Source: Candidatus Multivoradales bacterium
GTDB lineage: Bacteria; Acidobacteriota; Thermoanaerobaculia; Multivoradales; JAHEKO01
Assembly (NCBI GenBank): GCA_965223875.1
Contig: OZ245024.1
Span: 236,015 to 300,014 of the forward strand
Direction of reading: 5' to 3'
Length of the DNA stretch: 64,000 bases
Made by a program: the position numbers and the translations under genes. Shown here one piece after another: positions 25,978 to 35,253 of the stretch. The notes under the pieces are model-generated. The model saw nothing but the letters and a program-made list of their open reading frames with translations. It ran no database searches and was not told where the DNA came from. Every line of letters begins with the position of its first letter. The first letter of the stretch is position 1.

Positions 25978-27222
25978 TCATGGTTCATCCCTCTCTGAGA
26001 GGAGCGCCAGCCGGCCACCCTGAAGCAGCGTGAACTGCTTCTTGTACCTATTGGCTGTCCGTCTCACGGTGTCGGCCTTGGTCTCGAGCTCCGCGGCGAG
26101 AGACTCGACGGTGAGGGGGCCGCACTGAAGGGCGAGCGCCATCCGGTGGCGAATCGGAAGGTCCGCGGCCAGGTCCGGCACCCTGGCGAGGTCGATTCGC
26201 CGCACCTGGGTCCGGTCGGGGGCGAATCGGAGCTCAAAGCCGACCGAGGGTCGCCGGGCTCCGAGGTTCGCTTTTCGGTTGTGGAGGGCAACGCTGACGC
26301 GGTCCTCGCCTGGCAGGGTATCGGCGAGCTTCGCGTTCCAGGTGGCTCGAGCAAGGTTGGCCCAGAACGCCGATCCGAAGGGCCGTTGGTCGGCATGGTC
26401 CCCGGTCTTCGTCACGTGGGCGATGTGGAGCGAGCCGATTGGGCCGAGGCGACGCACGGCCTGGAAGTACCGGGATGCCACCTCGGCGGCCTCTGGTGGC
26501 CCGTCACAGGCGGGAGCGACTGAATCGCAGACGAAGTAGTCGAGTCGAGCCTCGCGAACGACGCGGCGTAGCCTCTCCACCTCGACGGCAAGCGGCTGGG
26601 CACACCGGACGTAGTAGACCTCGGGCATGTCCGCTCCGAAGAGGAGCTCGAGCCGCTCGCGGTGGTCCTCGCCTGTCAGTTCCCAGTCGAAGAAGCCGAC
26701 TCGCTGGCCGGCCTGGGCGAGCTTCCCGACGAAGTAGAGGGCGAGGTAGCTCTTCGTTGTGCCTCCATCGCCGAAGAGAACCAACGGATGGCTGGCCAGC
26801 AGCTCCAGTCCGTCGACCTCGAAGGCCGGGTCGGGTTCGGGTCGCTGCAGCCCGTGCAGTAGTACCGCCGGCTGTCCCTCCCTCTCGGCGGCGAGAACCC
26901 GCACGGCGAGCTCTTCGAGGAGCCCTACCCAATCGACCTCGTCACCGGTGCGGGCCCGGTCGGCCAGGTGGCGGGCATGCATGGACCGCGTCCGGGCCGA
27001 CGAGAGGTTGATGTCGGAGATTGAGAGCACATCGCCGTCGAAGGTTCGGGCGCCGGCGAGTTGGCACCGAACGAGAAGCTCGGCCTTCAGCTGGCCGCCC
27101 TGGCGGCGGAGATAGTCGACCTCGAGCGTCGCGAGGCCAGCTTTGGACTCGAGTAGGTAGCGACCCTCATCGAGGTCCTCGAAGGACCGCCAGTCGGTCG
27201 TAGGAGAGGCCTCAGGCATCAT
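25978..27222 (-). CDS. AAA_25 / RecA-like replicative ATPase (phage/plasmid primase-helicase-associated) with a C-terminal wHTH
   Basis: Walker A LFGDGGTTKS, Walker B LDYFVCDS and a RecA-like core. The C-terminal tail is DNA-binding-like. Confidence 0.55.
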   Translation of the reverse strand: MMPEASPTTDWRSFEDLDEGRYLLESKAGLATLEVDYLRRQGGQLKAELLVRCQLAGARTFDGDVLSISDINLSSARTRSMHARHLADRARTGDEVDWVGLLEELAVRVLAAEREGQPAVLLHGLQRPEPDPAFEVDGLELLASHPLVLFGDGGTTKSYLALYFVGKLAQAGQRVGFFDWELTGEDHRERLELLFGADMPEVYYVRCAQPLAVEVERLRRVVREARLDYFVCDSVAPACDGPPEAAEVASRYFQAVRRLGPIGSLHIAHVTKTGDHADQRPFGSAFWANLARATWNAKLADTLPGEDRVSVALHNRKANLGARRPSVGFELRFAPDRTQVRRIDLARVPDLAADLPIRHRMALALQCGPLTVESLAAELETKADTVRRTANRYKKQFTLLQGGRLALLSERDEP

Positions 27223-27469
27223 GTGATGGTCCGCCGTGGAGAAGGCACGAGAGGGCTCGGAGGCCGCTGCGCCGGGCAGCTAGTGCCTCGTCGAGGGCCT
27301 GTTGCGCTCTGAGCAGTGCGCTTGCCTGGTCCCGCATCGCCTCCCTCAGGTTGTCGAGGGCGTCACTAGCCGGTGTGATACCTTGGGTACTCGCGGTTGT
27401 GGTTGCCGCAACTCTTCCTGAGGCCCCGGATACCAGCCGGGGCCTTGGTATATCTGGGGCCCGGGGCAT
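27212..27469 (-). CDS. hypothetical island protein
   Basis: 85-aa ORF between the alpA-like gene and the replication ATPase. Confidence 0.3.
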   Translation of the reverse strand: MPRAPDIPRPRLVSGASGRVAATTTASTQGITPASDALDNLREAMRDQASALLRAQQALDEALAARRSGLRALSCLLHGGPSHDA

Positions 27470-27470
27470 C

Positions 27471-27704
27471 TCAGGCCGCCTCCGCCTGGTGTCGCTCGGC
27501 CCAGCCCTCGGGGTCCTCGAGCCATTCGAGGATCTCCGTGGCGAGGTAGAGCTGACGCGAACCGATGCGACGGGGCTCGGGGAAGCGACCGTCGCGCCGG
27601 AGGCGCCAGCGGGTCTTGCGGCTTAGGATGCCGGCCGCATCGAGGTCACGCTCTGAGTACGCGAGTCGAGGAGCTTCGGTGTGAATCTCTTGTTTCTGAA
27701 GCAT
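27471..27704 (-). CDS. AlpA/Xis-like phage transcriptional regulator / excisionase (MerR-type HTH)
   Basis: YSERDLDAAGILSRKTRWRLRRDGRFPEPRRIGSRQLYLATEILEWL matches the AlpA (DUF/Phage_AlpA) HTH pattern. Confidence 0.55.
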   Translation of the reverse strand: MLQKQEIHTEAPRLAYSERDLDAAGILSRKTRWRLRRDGRFPEPRRIGSRQLYLATEILEWLEDPEGWAERHQAEAA

Positions 27705-27758
27705 GCCGCATCCTTGCCTGGGGCGTGGCATGCCCGCCCGTCACTAAATCGAGTCAGA

Positions 27759-28199
27759 TTAGTGACGGATGATGGTGTCGTGACCGATGACCGTGACGCC
27801 GATTCGTTTCAGTAGATCCTCGAGCTCTTTCCATGCGGCCCACTCGGCGTCTGTGGCGACGATCGGTCGATCCGCGGGGACCCGTATTGTCAGGTTTCGG
27901 GAGACGTCGCGCCGAGCTCTTGAGATCGTGGTCTCCGAGAGACCGAGTGCCTCGCCGGCGATATCGTCGTCGTCGTACTGGTTCACCGATCCGAAGAGCT
28001 GGCGGTGTTTGTTGACGAAGGCGGAGCACAGGGCGCGGTCGAGGTTCCGATCCACGCGCTCGAATAGCGGGAGAGCTCGCCGGCCAGCCTTGCCGGGGAT
28101 CGCGAGCGCCTTGAGTTCCGCGACCAGGTTCTCGTCGGCACCATCTTCACGGAGCTTGGCGGCCAGCTCAAGCAGGGCTTCCCGCTCGTCGGATCTCAC
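27759..28199 (-). CDS. hypothetical island protein (possible HTH)
   Basis: 146-aa ORF. GEALGLSETTISRARRDV looks HTH-like. Confidence 0.35.
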   Translation of the reverse strand: MRSDEREALLELAAKLREDGADENLVAELKALAIPGKAGRRALPLFERVDRNLDRALCSAFVNKHRQLFGSVNQYDDDDIAGEALGLSETTISRARRDVSRNLTIRVPADRPIVATDAEWAAWKELEDLLKRIGVTVIGHDTIIRH

Positions 28200-28693
28200 G
28201 TCTCCCCCAGTCCGAAGAGCCTGTGGCGCTCCGCATAGTCAAAGGCGACCTCGAGTAGTTCGGTCGCCCCATCAAACAGCAAGGCCGAACTCTCCAAGTA
28301 GCCGGCGACGGTGAATGCCTTGTCTACCGTTTGCTCTGCTCGCGTCGACCGCCGGTGGTGCCGTACTTGGTTCTCGCGTCGCCAGCCCGTGCGTTCAGCT
28401 TTCCGCTGGCGTCGCAACTCTCGCTGAAGCTCTAGCGGGTCGACGTCGAAGAGGTTCGCGAGATGCTTCTGCGTCGCGCAGTGGTACTTGAGAGAGAACT
28501 TGTTCGCCGCGCTGGGCTGTCTCACGTCGTCGCAGCAGGGGCGTCGCTCGCTCTCGCTCGGCCACCAGGCGCCGTCTTCATCGACGTCACCATCAGGTGG
28601 TTTCGTGGCGTCTGACCTTCCGAAACATCGTTCCCCGTAGGCGGTGGCAGCCATCCTCAGACGTTCCTCGGTACACTGCTCTTCGTTGCGCAT
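28196..28693 (-). CDS. hypothetical island protein
   Basis: 165-aa ORF directly downstream of int. Confidence 0.35.
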   Translation of the reverse strand: MRNEEQCTEERLRMAATAYGERCFGRSDATKPPDGDVDEDGAWWPSESERRPCCDDVRQPSAANKFSLKYHCATQKHLANLFDVDPLELQRELRRQRKAERTGWRRENQVRHHRRSTRAEQTVDKAFTVAGYLESSALLFDGATELLEVAFDYAERHRLFGLGET

Positions 28694-28774
28694 CGGGTTA
28701 GCTCCTTTGCGTGACTTGGCCCGTTCGGAGTTGTCGCTCCGGGCGGGCCTCCTAAGGTTATTCGGTCTGGCTCC

Positions 28775-30013
28775 TCATGCTCGCCTCCGCATCCTGACGA
28801 CCTTGCCCTTGGTCGCTGGGTCGAGCTTCTCAATGTGGTCACCCCACGCCTGCAGTGCCTCGGCCTTTTCTCTCGAGTAGTCGTATAGCGCGTAGTGCCG
28901 GGCCGTCACGGTGGCTGGTGCATGGTTCGCGACAGCGGCGATGACCTGGCCTGGGAATCCGAGGCGCTCGAGGCCCGTCAGGCATGTTGACTTCAAGTCG
29001 TAGACGTTCCAGGGCTCCGCCAGCTTCGCCTTTGCCTTCAAGCGCCGCGCGTGCTTTCCGTAGTTCGTGAAGGGCTTGGCGTCCCGAATCGATGGGAACA
29101 CCCACCCGGAGCCGGGGTCGTACTCCCTGGAGCGCCCCAGGACGGCCCGCGCCTGCCTAGAGAGAGGAACGGAGTTTGGACGGCCATTCTTCGAACGCTC
29201 CGCGGGTAGGTCCCAGGTTTCACCGTCGACCTCCGACCAGCGCATCCCGAAGACCTCCTTCGGCCGTTGCCCTGTCAAGAGGAGGAGCTCGAAGCCGAGG
29301 CCGGCAAGACCCTCATCGCGGAACAGCGGTAGCAGGACCTTGAGCTCCGCGTCGTCGAGGACGCGCACCCTCGGCTGCTCCTTCTGTCGCCGGATGCCCT
29401 GGGCGGGATTGACCGCGACGGCATCACGCTCAATGCCGAAGTTGTAGATCTTCGAGACAAGAGCTTGCACTCGGTTGGCGGCGGCGACCTTTCCCTCGTC
29501 GACATACTCGTCGAGGAGCTCGACGACGTCGCGCTTGCGCACGTCCTGAGCCTTCAACCGGCCCCAACGAGGGATGAGTACCCTTTCGACGCGATTCTCG
29601 TCCTCTCGAGCGCCCTTGGGCTCCTTGCGGGGCTTTGCCCATCGCTCGACGTACTCGCGAGCGAGCTCGGCGAAGGTCGGCGCCTGACGCCGCTCTCGTC
29701 GCTCCGCTGCCGGGTCGGCGCCGATGCGTGCTGCCTGCAGCACTTCCTTGGCCTTGGCTCGAGCCTTGGTGAGGGTCAGTCGCTCGACCTTGGCGGCTGG
29801 CCCCTTCTTCGGCGACGACTCGTCAACACCGAGCGTGACACGCGGCCGGGCGCCGTCTTGCCACCATGAGACGCTGTAGCTCTTCGTCCCTGAGCTCGAG
29901 ACCCTGAGAACGAGGCCCGGGAGTACTGTGTCCTGGTAGTCGACCCTCCCCTTCTCTGGCGGGGCCGGGGGAAGGCCCTTCACTGCCTGCGCGGTGAGCT
30001 TGGTTTTTGGCAT
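28775..30013 (-). CDS. int: tyrosine-type site-specific integrase (P4-like, with an N-terminal arm-binding DUF4102-type domain)
   Basis: N-terminal GLPPAP..VLPGLVLRVSSSGTKSYSVSW arm-binding module and a C-terminal catalytic domain (RPKEVFGMRWSEVD .. HAPATVTARHYALYD with the catalytic Tyr). RBS GAGGAGG. Adjacent to attR. Confidence 0.9.
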   Translation of the reverse strand: MPKTKLTAQAVKGLPPAPPEKGRVDYQDTVLPGLVLRVSSSGTKSYSVSWWQDGARPRVTLGVDESSPKKGPAAKVERLTLTKARAKAKEVLQAARIGADPAAERRERRQAPTFAELAREYVERWAKPRKEPKGAREDENRVERVLIPRWGRLKAQDVRKRDVVELLDEYVDEGKVAAANRVQALVSKIYNFGIERDAVAVNPAQGIRRQKEQPRVRVLDDAELKVLLPLFRDEGLAGLGFELLLLTGQRPKEVFGMRWSEVDGETWDLPAERSKNGRPNSVPLSRQARAVLGRSREYDPGSGWVFPSIRDAKPFTNYGKHARRLKAKAKLAEPWNVYDLKSTCLTGLERLGFPGQVIAAVANHAPATVTARHYALYDYSREKAEALQAWGDHIEKLDPATKGKVVRMRRRA

Positions 30014-30041
30014 GCTGACACCTCCTCAGCAGGTCGACCCC

Positions 30042-30184
30042 GGGGGTCGGGGGTCGGTCGGGGGTCGGTGAAGCGCTGAGACTTGCTGACACGGCATGCC
30101 CCCACCTTACACCGAGAAGCCCCATACTGTATAGGTATTCAGGGTGTCAGTTTGTAGCAGAGAGTAGCGCGGGGGTCGGTCCAA
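30042..30184. promoter_or_regulatory. cluster of GGGGTCGG direct repeats between the int start and attR (candidate integrase arm/core binding sites)
   Basis: gggggtcgggggtcggtcgggggtcggtg at 30042-30070 and cgggggtcggtcc at 30171-30184, which abuts the attR core. Confidence 0.35.
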
Positions 30185-30185
30185 T

Positions 30186-30235
30186 GCTCACTCGTAATGA
30201 GCAGGTCAGCGGTTCGAGTCCGCTCGTCGGCTCCA
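30186..30235 (+). repeat. attR (duplicated tRNA-Thr 3' end)
   Basis: gctcactcgtaatgagcaggtcagcggttcgagtccgctcgtcggctcca, identical to the 3' end of the tRNA gene. Confidence 0.8.
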
Positions 30236-30350
30236 CAGGCTTTCTCGCGGCCGTGACGCATCGGTCGCCAGCGTCCGCGGTCACTGGATCGGGCTTCCGA
30301 GTGGAGTCGGGGTTACACGCTGTGCGGGATCTGGCCGCCTCGCCTCGATA

Positions 30351-32725
30351 TCACTGCCCTGTCCGTTTCAACAGCTCGCCGAATTCGGGGTCGTCCCGCA
30401 GGGCATCGAAGCGGGGTCCCGTCTTGAGGTAGAGCGTGTGGAAGCTGCCGTTGGCGACCGCCTCTTCCAGCAGACCCAGAGCCTGCTTGTTGTTCCCGAG
30501 GCCGAGGTGGACGATCGCGAGGCCGAAGGGCGGCGGTCTCTCCGCCCGCTCGAGGTCTTCGAGGATCCGGACCGCGCCATCCCGATCGCCGGCCTTGGCG
30601 AGCGCGTGGCCCAGTGCCGAGAGGTAGAGGGGCGCGTTGCCTGAGAGCTCCCTGGCGGCCTCGAACCTCGAGATGGCCTCTCGGTAGTCTCCCTTCTGCT
30701 CATGGGCGAGACCGACGTAGTAGTGCAGCGACGGGTCGCTCTGATCGAGGCTCAGCGCCTCCTCGAAGTTCTCGAGCGCCCGGTCGAAGTCCCGGTTCAG
30801 GTGGTACACCTGACCCAGTGCGTTGTGAACCGCCGTGGAGAGTGGGTCGAGCTCGACGGCGCGCAGCGTGGGTTCCAGAGCGTCGTCGAACCTGTCGGAC
30901 TCGGCGTAGAGCCAGGAGAGGCGAAGCAGGGTGTCGACACTGTTGCCGTCGAGATTCCGTGCCCGGAGGTACTCGGTCTCGGCCGCTTCGGGCTCGAAGT
31001 CGAGGTAGTAGTGGACGCTACCCAGCGCGACATGCGCTTCGGCGAGGCGCTCATCGAGCTGTACAGCCTTCTTCGCCGCAACTCTGGCCCGAGCTTCGAT
31101 GTCACCGGGCTGCAGGTACTCGAAAAAGGCGCTGTCCACGAGGCACATGGCGAGGTGCGCGTAGGGTGCCGCGAAGTCAGGGGAGCGCTCGATGGCGAGC
31201 TGGAGCAACTCGGCACCCTGCCGCATCTCCTGTGGACTCCAGTGCTCGCAGAAATACCGGCCCTTGAGGTAGAGCTCGTACGCCATCGGGTCGACCGGCC
31301 CCGGCGACTCAGGACCGGAGCTCTCCACCGGCATGACGGTCGCCTGAACCTGGTCGCTGATCTGCCTCGTCACATCGTTGTACAGGGCCAGGATGTCGAC
31401 CAGCTCGCGATCGAAGTTGTCGGCCCAGATATGGCGATCGGTGCGGGCGTCGATCAGCGTCGTCGTCACCCGGACGACAGCGCCCGCTTTCAGCACGGAA
31501 CCCTCCACCGCCGCGTCGACGTTCAGTTCCTCGGCGATCTGCCGCAGCGGTTTGTCGGAGTCGGCGTAGTGCATCGCAGTCCTCTGGGAGATGATGTCCA
31601 GGGAACTGATCTTGGAAAGCTGCGTGATCAAGGCTCGGTGCATGCCCTCGACGAAGTAGTCCTCGCCGGGGTCGTTCATCAGGTTCTCGAAGGGGAGTAC
31701 CACGACAGAGCGGATCGGCTTCGCTGCGACAGGCTCCGCTGCCCGCTGACCGACCTGGCTCGATCGGTCCAGCCACAATGCCAGGGCAATGGCGCCCAGC
31801 GCCGTCACCAGCAGGGCCGCACCGATTCCTGGCCGCGAGGCCGTGGATGTTCCCGTGCCCGAGTCACCCGCGGGAAGAGAGTCCTGGAGCCCGATCCGCG
31901 CGTCGCCCACGTTCTGCAATCGAACACCGACATCCTTGCGGAGCGTGCGCTCGAGGAGCCGACGAACGGTCGGTGGAAGTGCGGCGGGAAGCCGCGACCA
32001 ATCGGGCTCTTCGTTCAAGACGGCCGAGAAGGTGTCCGGGACCGTTTGACCTTCGAACGCCCGCTTGCCGGTAAGGGCTTCGTAGAGGCAGCACCCGAAC
32101 GCCCAGATATCGGCGCGCCGATCGACGGGCTGTCCCCGAGTCTGCTCGGGGCTCATGTAACCGGCGGTTCCCAGGATCGTGCCGGCACGCGTGCCTTTCG
32201 TGAGCGTCGGCGACTGTGACGACTCCTCGGATGCGCAGGTTTCGGGTGCCAGCGCTTTCGCGAGCCCGAAGTCGAGGATCTTGACCTGGCCTTCGGGATT
32301 GACCTTGATGTTCGCCGGCTTCAGGTCGCGATGGATGATGCCCTTCTTGTGCGCCGCCTCGAGACCTTCGGCGATCTGCGTGAACAGCGATCGCGCTTCG
32401 TCCCACGGGATCGGGCCCCGTGCTATGCGATCGGCCAGGGTCTCCCCATCCACGAGCTCCATGACCAGGAACGGCTGCTGCTCTTCGTGCTCGAGCCCGT
32501 AGAGAGTGGCGACGTTCGGGTGGTTGAGTGCGGCCAGGAGCCTGGCCTCCCGTTCGAAGCGGTCGAGAAGATCCTGGACCTTGCCGACCTCGTCGGCAGG
32601 ACCTTGATGGCCACTTGGCGATCGAGCTTGGTGTCGCGCGCGACGTAGACCTCCCCCATGCCGCCGGCTCCGGCGGGCGCGAGGATCCGGTAGCTACCGA
32701 TCTGGCTTCCGCTTTCAAGGCTCAT
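30351..32725 (-). pseudogene. Ser/Thr protein kinase with TM, TolB_N-like periplasmic module and TPR repeats; disrupted by a 1-nt frameshift near 32595
   Basis: The first 45 aa ([44 protein letters not shown]) are in one frame. The kinase continuation ([53 protein letters not shown]...HRDLKPANI...DFG) is in the -1 frame. One nucleotide appears to be missing at CTGCC^GACGAG. Confidence 0.7.
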
Positions 32726-33026
32726 GTTTGCTACGGCCCTTTCTAGCAGATGCCGACGCTACGCGGATATCGGCCACGTCGCGTGCCGAGGATGGGACCT
32801 TCGCCCGCGAGTCTGTCGGTGCGCTCCGTGTCGAGCTCCTCGACGGCAATCTCATGGTCCCAGGATGACGTCGACATGGTCTCCAGGATCGAACCAGTCG
32901 ATGCGATCGCCAGCTCGCTCTCGACAGAGTCGCCCGTTCGCGAGAACATCGGCGGTACGAGGAAGCAGCCGTGAGTTCCGATCCGGGCGCTGTCCCGCGG
33001 TCGGCCCGGGTCCTGAGGAGGTATCG

Positions 33027-35132
33027 ATGCGAACGTCCGCCCTACTCGCCGTGGTATCTGTGGCTGCCCTGGCCGCGTCACCCGCCCTCGCCGATCGGGA
33101 AGCGAAAGGCCGGCCGGAGGGGCTAGAGGATCGGGATATCGAGAGCTCGCGGGCGATCGCTCATGCGTTGACGCCGCCGATCCGCGACATCGTCATGCCC
33201 GAGGGCGTACCGACCGGCTTCAACGTCGAGATACCGATTCGCCTCCGGCCGGCACAACCTATCGAGGAAGAGGTCGACATCACGCCGCCGAACCTGCAGC
33301 TCGAGGAGTATCCGGTCGGTGGTGTCAGCACGACGCCCTCGCCGATACTCAACTTCCAGGGCCAGTCCGACGATGAGAACGCCACCACCGTTTTCACCAG
33401 GATCGTGCCGCCCGATACGGTCGGGGACGTCGGCAAGACGCAGTACCTGCAGTGGATCAATTTGATCGCCTCGGTCTACAACAAGTCGACCGGGGCCAGG
33501 GTCATGGGGCCGGTCGCCGGCAATGCCTTTTTCACCGGTCTCGGTGCGCCCTGCGCGACGACCAACGACGGCGATCCGATCGTCCTCTACGATCAGAAGA
33601 ACGACCGTTGGGTGGTCTCGCAGTTCGCGCCCAACTCCGGGGTTCAGTGCGTCGCCGTCTCGACCTCTTCGGACGCCACCGGATCGTACAACGCCTACGC
33701 CTTTTCGGTCGGTGGCTTCAACGACTATCCCAAGTTGGGTCTCTGGCTGAACAACGGTCGGGACGCGCTTGCGGCCACCTACCGCACGTTCGGTGGCCCG
33801 GGGGGCGGCTTCAGCCTCGACTTTCAGTTGATGGACTACCACGTCATGCTGTCGGGTGGCAGCAGTCCGGGGCAGCGGATCGTTCGTGGGGGCTCGTCGA
33901 TCGAGGGCTGCCTGCCAGCCGACGTCGACGGGTCGACCTGGGCGCCGAACGACAAGGCGCTGTTCGGTTGCTACGAGTTCGGAAGCTCGTCCAACGAGTT
34001 TTTGCTGTGGACGTTCGATCCCAACTTCCCCAGCGGAAGCGGAGTCTTCAGTACCCTGCCGTCCGTCAGCTTCGGAACCATCGATCGGATCGTCGGACGG
34101 ATCCCGCAGCCCAGTCCGGGCGAGGCGCTCGACTCCCACGCGTCGACGGGGCTCGATGCGACCATGTACCGGCTCCCCTACCGCAACCGGGGCGGCTACG
34201 AGCAGCTCCTGGCGACGACGACCCACGACGTGGGAGGCGATCGCGCCGGGATCCACTTCATCGAGCTGAGGAACTCGGGAGGCGGCTGGTCGCACCACCA
34301 GGACGGCTCCTACGCGCCCGGCGCCTCGCTCGAGCGCTGGATGGGCTCGATCGCCTCGGATGCGGCGGGCAACATCGCCGTCGGCTACTCGGCGTCGAGC
34401 GGTAGCGTCATTCCTTCCGTTCGTTACACCTCGCGCAGCACGGCCGACCCGTTGGGCACCCTCCCGGGAGGCGAGGTCACCGCCAGAGCGGGTGGTGGCG
34501 TCCAGACGAATTCCAACAATCGCTGGGGCGACTACTCGAGCATGAACGTGGATCCCGACGATGACTGCACCTTCTGGTACACCCAGGAGTACTACGCCAA
34601 TACCGGGGGCTTCGACTTCAAGACCAACATCCACTCCTTCAAGTTCCCCGGCTGCGGCGCTCCCGCCACCGAGACCTTGACGGTGTCACTGGCCGGGACG
34701 GGCTCCGGAACCGCAGTCAGCGCTCCGTCCGGCATCAACTGCCCCGGGACCTGTGCGGCGAGCTTCATGCAAGGCACGGTGGTCGATCTGTTCGGCTATC
34801 CAGCGACCGGGTCGCAGCTCACCGGCTGGAGCGGAGCCGCCGACTGCAGCGACGGGTCGGTGACGATGAACGGTCCTGTCAGTTGCACGGCGACCTTCGA
34901 TATCTGCTCCGGAACGTCGATCCTGAGCCTGCCGGCGCAGACGGTCACCACGACGAAGTCCTGGGAGGCCTGCAACATCATCGAAGCGGGAGCCGGGACC
35001 GGCGGGTTCGTGGTCGGATCGACCGGCATCGTGACCATGGATGCCGGCAACATGGTGGTCCTCCAGAACGGCTTCGTGGTGCTGAGCAACGGAACCTACA
35101 CCGCGGGGACGGGCCAGCCGGTCACTCCCTAG
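33027..35132 (+). CDS. secreted protein with an unassigned N-terminal domain and a C-terminal divergent InlB B-repeat (bacterial repeat) domain
   Basis: Signal peptide MRTSALLAVVSVAALAASPALA. RBS GAGGAGG. The C-terminal TLTVSLAGTGSGTAVSAPSGINCPGTCAASF..GTVVDL.GYPATGSQLTGWSGA..CSDGSVTMNGPVSCTATF matches the InlB B-repeat consensus. Confidence 0.65.
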   Translation: MRTSALLAVVSVAALAASPALADREAKGRPEGLEDRDIESSRAIAHALTPPIRDIVMPEGVPTGFNVEIPIRLRPAQPIEEEVDITPPNLQLEEYPVGGVSTTPSPILNFQGQSDDENATTVFTRIVPPDTVGDVGKTQYLQWINLIASVYNKSTGARVMGPVAGNAFFTGLGAPCATTNDGDPIVLYDQKNDRWVVSQFAPNSGVQCVAVSTSSDATGSYNAYAFSVGGFNDYPKLGLWLNNGRDALAATYRTFGGPGGGFSLDFQLMDYHVMLSGGSSPGQRIVRGGSSIEGCLPADVDGSTWAPNDKALFGCYEFGSSSNEFLLWTFDPNFPSGSGVFSTLPSVSFGTIDRIVGRIPQPSPGEALDSHASTGLDATMYRLPYRNRGGYEQLLATTTHDVGGDRAGIHFIELRNSGGGWSHHQDGSYAPGASLERWMGSIASDAAGNIAVGYSASSGSVIPSVRYTSRSTADPLGTLPGGEVTARAGGGVQTNSNNRWGDYSSMNVDPDDDCTFWYTQEYYANTGGFDFKTNIHSFKFPGCGAPATETLTVSLAGTGSGTAVSAPSGINCPGTCAASFMQGTVVDLFGYPATGSQLTGWSGAADCSDGSVTMNGPVSCTATFDICSGTSILSLPAQTVTTTKSWEACNIIEAGAGTGGFVVGSTGIVTMDAGNMVVLQNGFVVLSNGTYTAGTGQPVTP

Positions 35133-35253
35133 GCCCCCCTTCAGGCACGCGACCGTGGTGGTGCGGCGCAGCGGCTCCGAAGGGTCGACGAAACAATGAA
35201 ACCCGGGGCGGATGGTCTGCGTATGTAATTGACTGAAGCAGTCAGTTATCATA

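Larger units (their letters stand above)
21589..30235. mobile_element. tRNA-Thr-integrated genomic island (about 8.65 kb), phage-satellite-like or prophage remnant
   Basis: Bounded by a 50-nt perfect direct repeat of the tRNA 3' end. Carries a tyrosine integrase, an AlpA-like regulator, an AAA_25 replication ATPase and terS/terL-like genes, with no capsid or tail genes. A sub-region has lower GC. Confidence 0.75.

Noticed and set aside
25388-25981. 197-aa minus-strand ORF in the island low-GC core
   Set aside because: Implausible composition (Gly/Pro/Arg runs) in a region whose GC is lower than the host. The plus-strand small membrane ORFs are more credible.
25978-27222. RecA/KaiC-type housekeeping recombinase call for the island ATPase
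   Set aside because: It lies inside a tRNA-bounded island next to alpA and terminase genes and has a C-terminal wHTH. It fits the phage/plasmid AAA_25 replication-ATPase family better.
31864-32718. 284-aa minus-strand ORF spanning the kinase frameshift region
   Set aside because: Different frame from both parts of the kinase. The translation is Arg/Gly/Pro-rich noise. The true kinase continuation is in the -1 frame, with recognisable motifs.
33123-34634. 503-aa minus-strand ORF opposite the secreted InlB-repeat protein
   Set aside because: Shadow ORF. The plus-strand gene has a signal peptide, an RBS and a domain signature.
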